Origin: an uncultured archaeon | GTDB taxonomy: Archaea; Iainarchaeota; Iainarchaeia; Iainarchaeales; CSSED10-239 | Assembly (NCBI GenBank): GCA_964468895.1 | Contig: CAYXWT010000001.1 | Location: 40,855 to 50,822, forward strand | Reading direction: 5' to 3' | DNA length: 9,968 bases | Shown: positions 6,672 to 9,968 of the stretch, in pieces | Layout of the letters: each line of letters begins with the position of its first letter | Numbering within the stretch: the first letter of the stretch is position 1 | Translations under genes and position numbers: made by a program | Notes under the pieces: generated by a model | What the model saw: the letters and a program-made list of their open reading frames with translations, nothing else | What the model was told of the DNA's origin: nothing | Database searches by the model: none

Positions 6672-8759
6672 TTAACTTTTTTTAGAATATTTATTTTTAG
6701 TATCTTCTTCTTCTTTTTTAGATTTCTCTTTTTCTTTAATAGCATTAAAGTAATCTTCTTTACTTTTACACTTATGGTTCAAACACATTTCATAAGTTTT
6801 TCTACCATTTAACACTTTGATAATAGGGTTATTACAAAATTCACAAATTTTATCTGTTTTTAGAATTTTTTTATTTTGTGGAAGAGGAAATGTGTTTTTA
6901 CATTTAGGATAGCCACTACAACCTACAAACTGTTTATTATTTCTACTAATTCTTATAAGTAAAGGTTTGCCACATTTTTGGCAAATACCAATTATATCAT
7001 CAGATCTTGCAGCAGCTCTTAATTCTTCTGCAATTTTATTTCTTTCATCTTTTAAAATTTTAATTATTGTTTTTAAGTAATTTCTATTTTCATCAACAAC
7101 TTCTGTTTTATTTTTTTTACCAGCAGCAATTTCATCCATTTCTTTTTCAGTTTGAGAAGTAAGTTTAGGTTTAGTTATTAGTGGACAGTGTTTACCTAAA
7201 ACACCACAAACTGATATAGCAATATCTTTAGCACTAATTTGTTTAGTACCTTCAATATAACCCCTATCTCTTAGCTTTTTAATAATAGCAGGTCTAGTAG
7301 ATTTAGTGCCTAAGTTTTGATCTTCCATTAGTTTAATTAATCCACCTTCAGTATAATGATTTGGAGGTGTTGTCTGTTTATCTTCTTTTATTGGTTCAAT
7401 TATTTTAACTAAATCATCTTTTTTAAGTTCTGGTAAAATAATTTCATTTAATTTAGAAAATATATATATTTCTTTCCAACCTAATTCTAAAATTCTTTGT
7501 CCAGTAACTATAAATGGTTCTTTATTAACATTAATTGTTGCAGATATATTTTCTGTTTTTGCATCTTTAGAAAGTGTAGCTAAAAATCTTCTTACAATTA
7601 AATCATAAATTTTAAGTTCTAACCCATTTAGATTAGCATTATAATCTACTGGGTGTATTGGTGGATGATCTGTAGTTTCTTTTTTACCTCTTGAGGCACT
7701 AATAGGTTGTGATAGAATGTCTTTAATAAACTGACTATAAATTTTATCAGAACTTAATTTATTTAAAATTTCTTTAAAATCTAAACTGTTAGGATATACT
7801 GTATTATCAGTTCTAGGATAACTAATTAAACCTTGTTGATATAAACTTTCTGCTATATTCATTGCATGACTAGTATTAATATTCATACTACTGGCAGCTC
7901 TTAAAAAACTAGTTGTATTAAAAGGTGCTATTTTTTGAATAGTTTTTTTAGTTTTAGAAACAGATTTTACAATACCTTCAGTTTGATTTTTTATATTATC
8001 AAATATTTCTTTAGCTTTACTTAAATCAAATATTTTTCCAAGTTTATGAAGTCCTTCAAATTTAATTTTATTTTTTTCAAAAATTATTTTTAAAATATTA
8101 AAAGGTTCAGAAATAAAAGCCTTTCTTTCAAGTTCTCTTAAAACTATAAAATTTAATAATGGTGTTTGTACTCTTCCAGCTGATAAAAATCTTTTTCCTT
8201 TTCTATTAGCAATTACAGATAAATATCTTGTAAGAATTGCACCCCATAGTAAATCAATTTCTTGTCTTGCAAATACAGAATTTGCATAATTAAAATCTAC
8301 ATCTTTTAATTTTTTAAAAGCATTTTCAATTTCACTTTTAGTAAGTGCACTAAAATAAGCTCTTTTAAGTATAAAGTTTTTATTTTTTTTACAGACATAC
8401 TCTTGAGCTTCTACACCTATAGCTTCACCTTCTCTATCAGCATCTGTTGCAATAATAACAGTTTTAAGATCTTTTCTTTCTTTTTTTAATTGAGCTATAA
8501 TTTTTTTTTCAACAGGTATATAAAGTAATTTTTCTTTAACTAAAGTATCTAAACCAAAAATAGACCAGTATTTATTTTCTCCAGAAAAGTCAACTGTGTT
8601 AATATGACCTCTTAAAGGTATAACTAAGTAATCTTCCTTATCTTTTTTAAATTGAAAACAATTTATACCATCACGATTTTTTATTTCTAATGTGTTATTA
8701 GATAAAATGGTAGCAATTCTTTTACCAGCAATTGCTTTTTCAGAAATTATAAGATTCAT
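6672..8759 (-). CDS. topA: DNA topoisomerase, type IA (TopA / Topo III-like), with C-terminal zinc ribbons
   Basis: The TOPRIM domain is present (N-terminal IISEK Glu, and IIATDADREGEAIG). The catalytic tyrosine motif is LISYPRTDN. Other type IA blocks include LSAGRVQTPLL and TDHPPIHP. There are two C-terminal Zn-ribbons: CQKCGKPLL...VGCSGYPKCKNTFPLP and CEFCNNP...CLNHKCKSK. It has no helicase module, so it is not reverse gyrase. Confidence 0.93.
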   Translation of the reverse strand: MNLIISEKAIAGKRIATILSNNTLEIKNRDGINCFQFKKDKEDYLVIPLRGHINTVDFSGENKYWSIFGLDTLVKEKLLYIPVEKKIIAQLKKERKDLKTVIIATDADREGEAIGVEAQEYVCKKNKNFILKRAYFSALTKSEIENAFKKLKDVDFNYANSVFARQEIDLLWGAILTRYLSVIANRKGKRFLSAGRVQTPLLNFIVLRELERKAFISEPFNILKIIFEKNKIKFEGLHKLGKIFDLSKAKEIFDNIKNQTEGIVKSVSKTKKTIQKIAPFNTTSFLRAASSMNINTSHAMNIAESLYQQGLISYPRTDNTVYPNSLDFKEILNKLSSDKIYSQFIKDILSQPISASRGKKETTDHPPIHPVDYNANLNGLELKIYDLIVRRFLATLSKDAKTENISATINVNKEPFIVTGQRILELGWKEIYIFSKLNEIILPELKKDDLVKIIEPIKEDKQTTPPNHYTEGGLIKLMEDQNLGTKSTRPAIIKKLRDRGYIEGTKQISAKDIAISVCGVLGKHCPLITKPKLTSQTEKEMDEIAAGKKNKTEVVDENRNYLKTIIKILKDERNKIAEELRAAARSDDIIGICQKCGKPLLIRISRNNKQFVGCSGYPKCKNTFPLPQNKKILKTDKICEFCNNPIIKVLNGRKTYEMCLNHKCKSKEDYFNAIKEKEKSKKEEEDTKNKYSKKS

Positions 8760-8793
8760 AAATTATCCATTTAGTAGATTTAAATTCAAATAT

Positions 8794-9276
8794 TTAAAAT
8801 GTCGTTTGTAATATTTTTCTAGGTAAGTTTTTACTTTTTTTATGTTCTTCGAGAACTGTAAGTATACTAATTTTAGTAATACCATCTGTTTTGAAAATAT
8901 TATCTAAAAGTATCTTAAGATCGTTTTTATCTAAAGCCATTATTTTAATAATAATATTATATTCTCCAGTAACTTCTAATATTTCTTTTATATCTTCATT
9001 TTCACTTAATTTTTTTAGAATTTCTTTTCTTTTAGAAGGATCTATAGATATTAATAATTCTGCTTTTTCATTAAATCCTAATACTTCATAATCAATTTCT
9101 GCAGATATTGCTTTCATTATTCCTCTTTGAAATAACCTATCTAATCTTTTTTTAATTGCAACATCTGTTAAATTTATTTCTTTTGCAATATTTGCAAAAG
9201 ATGTCCTTCCATTAATAGTTAATTGTTCAAGTATATATTTGTCAATTTTGTCTATAACATGCATAGTAAACACCAT
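8794..9276 (-). CDS. Lrp/AsnC-family transcriptional regulator
   Basis: The N-terminal winged HTH pattern is DKIDKYILEQLTINGRTSFANIAKEINLTDVAIKKRLDRLFQRGIM. It is followed by an ~80-aa RAM/ligand-binding-like half. At about 155-160 aa the size is typical for the family. The alternative start ATG 9264 (MHVIDK...) is preceded by GGTG with 6-nt spacing and may be the true start. Confidence 0.88.
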   Translation of the reverse strand: MVFTMHVIDKIDKYILEQLTINGRTSFANIAKEINLTDVAIKKRLDRLFQRGIMKAISAEIDYEVLGFNEKAELLISIDPSKRKEILKKLSENEDIKEILEVTGEYNIIIKIMALDKNDLKILLDNIFKTDGITKISILTVLEEHKKSKNLPRKILQTTF

Positions 9277-9293
9277 TTTTATTTTTTTTAATT

Positions 9294-9968
9294 TTATTTA
9301 TTTTGTGGTTTTAATAAATTATATTTATCTAAATATATTTCAGTTTTTAAAATTTCAATAAAAGGAATTACAAATAATACAAAAAATATGTTAGATATAA
9401 TTGTACCTCCAAAAACTCCAAATATTACATCTATTACATATGTAATTAGAACTAATATAAAGCAACTAATAAATAAATATATTAAGTATAAATAATTTCT
9501 TTTAATATAATTAAAATTAATTACTAGTGCATGAATTGCTTTTTCTTTTTCTAAAACAATTATTTGTGGTATGAACCAAAATAATATACTTATTATAAAT
9601 AATATCAAATTTGTGAAGATATTATCTAATAATCCAATTTCATATAAAAAAGAACTAAGTAATACTATAATTAAGTAATAAATAATATTAAATTGAAATA
9701 ATTCTATAAAGCTTTTTCTAATGTCAGAAATAGGATATTTTTCAAAAGCGTAAGAATCTTCTACCCTGTATATTAATATAACTTGTAATAATGTAAATAT
9801 TAAAATAAAAGTAGTAATTGCAATTAATGTTATTATTATACTTATAGGATTTTCTAAAAATAAATTGTAAGAAATATCTAAACTACCACCAGTTATTTTA
9901 AATAAAGGATTTATAGCAAATAAAGTAAATATAAATAAAACACTTGTTAATAATACAAATTTTATATT
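9294..9968 (-). CDS. Polytopic integral membrane protein of unknown function; the 5' end runs off the window
   Basis: The track calls 9294-9608 from a TTG codon (complement of 9606-9608). I translated the same minus-strand frame codon by codon up to 9968 and found no stop: NYKFVLLTSVLFIFTLFAINPLFKITGGSLDISYNLFLENPISIIITLIAITTFILIFTLLQVILIYRVEDSYAFEKYPISDIRKSFIELFQFNIIYYLIIVLLSSFLYEIGLLDNIFTNL, continuing into ILFIISILFW... It has at least 5-6 hydrophobic helices. A 225-codon open frame in DNA this AT-rich is unlikely by chance. I recognise no family motif. Confidence 0.6.
   Translation of the reverse strand, partial: NIKFVLLTSVLFIFTLFAINPLFKITGGSLDISYNLFLENPISIIITLIAITTFILIFTLLQVILIYRVEDSYAFEKYPISDIRKSFIELFQFNIIYYLIIVLLSSFLYEIGLLDNIFTNLILFIISILFWFIPQIIVLEKEKAIHALVINFNYIKRNYLYLIYLFISCFILVLITYVIDVIFGVFGGTIISNIFFVLFVIPFIEILKTEIYLDKYNLLKPQNK

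Noticed and set aside
6672-8759. Possibility that the topoisomerase is reverse gyrase
   Set aside because: It has no N-terminal SF2 helicase module or Walker A motif. At 695 aa, with TOPRIM at the extreme N-terminus, it is an ordinary type IA enzyme.
8760-8793. Palindromic ATTTAAAT (8778-8785) as a TATA box for topA, and similar A/T boxes in 6556-6610 for cdc48
   Set aside because: Its position relative to the ATG is roughly compatible with a leaderless transcript. However, TATA-like octamers are expected by chance throughout sequence this AT-rich, so I cannot separate signal from background without TSS data.
8891-9091. 66-aa plus-strand ORF from the track (MKILSKSILRSF...)
   Set aside because: It is an antisense shadow ORF inside the Lrp/AsnC gene. 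It shows the same low-complexity signature and has no start context or motif.
1-9968. Defence island, CRISPR array, mobile element or RNA gene
   Set aside because: I found no tandem repeat-spacer periodicity, no long inverted terminal repeats, and no transposase, integrase, nuclease or Cas-like ORFs. The spacers are 14-116 nt and too short or unstructured for tRNA or rRNA. The window is housekeeping apart from the nrd-cluster anomalies.

Overview
This is a very AT-rich, densely coding window that looks archaeal. The evidence is a Cdc48/VAT-type double AAA+ ATPase, an Lrp/AsnC regulator and a type IA topoisomerase with C-terminal zinc ribbons. A reduced, low-GC lineage such as DPANN is plausible, but that cannot be shown from 10 kb.

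The plus strand (1-4261) carries a tightly packed ribonucleotide-reductase cluster with four parts:
- the class III reductase NrdD, which is open from base 1, so the track ORF at 373 is only an internal Met;
- an untracked 48-codon mini-ORF in another frame that encodes the NrdD glycyl-radical motif;
- the radical-SAM activase NrdG;
- a 700-aa protein that aligns along its whole length to class II (B12-type) ribonucleotide reductase, behind an ATP-cone-like N-terminus, but appears to have lost every catalytic cysteine.

The minus strand (4276-9968) carries Cdc48/VAT, topoisomerase IA, an Lrp/AsnC regulator and a polytopic membrane protein. The membrane protein's reading frame stays open to the window edge, beyond the track call.

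I see no CRISPR array, transposase, integrase, tRNA/rRNA or recognisable defence genes. The two points most worth following up are the split or frameshifted NrdD glycyl-radical domain and the apparently catalytically dead, yet intact, class II RNR paralogue in the same operon. All motif comparisons rely on family consensus recalled from memory and need HMM or structure confirmation.
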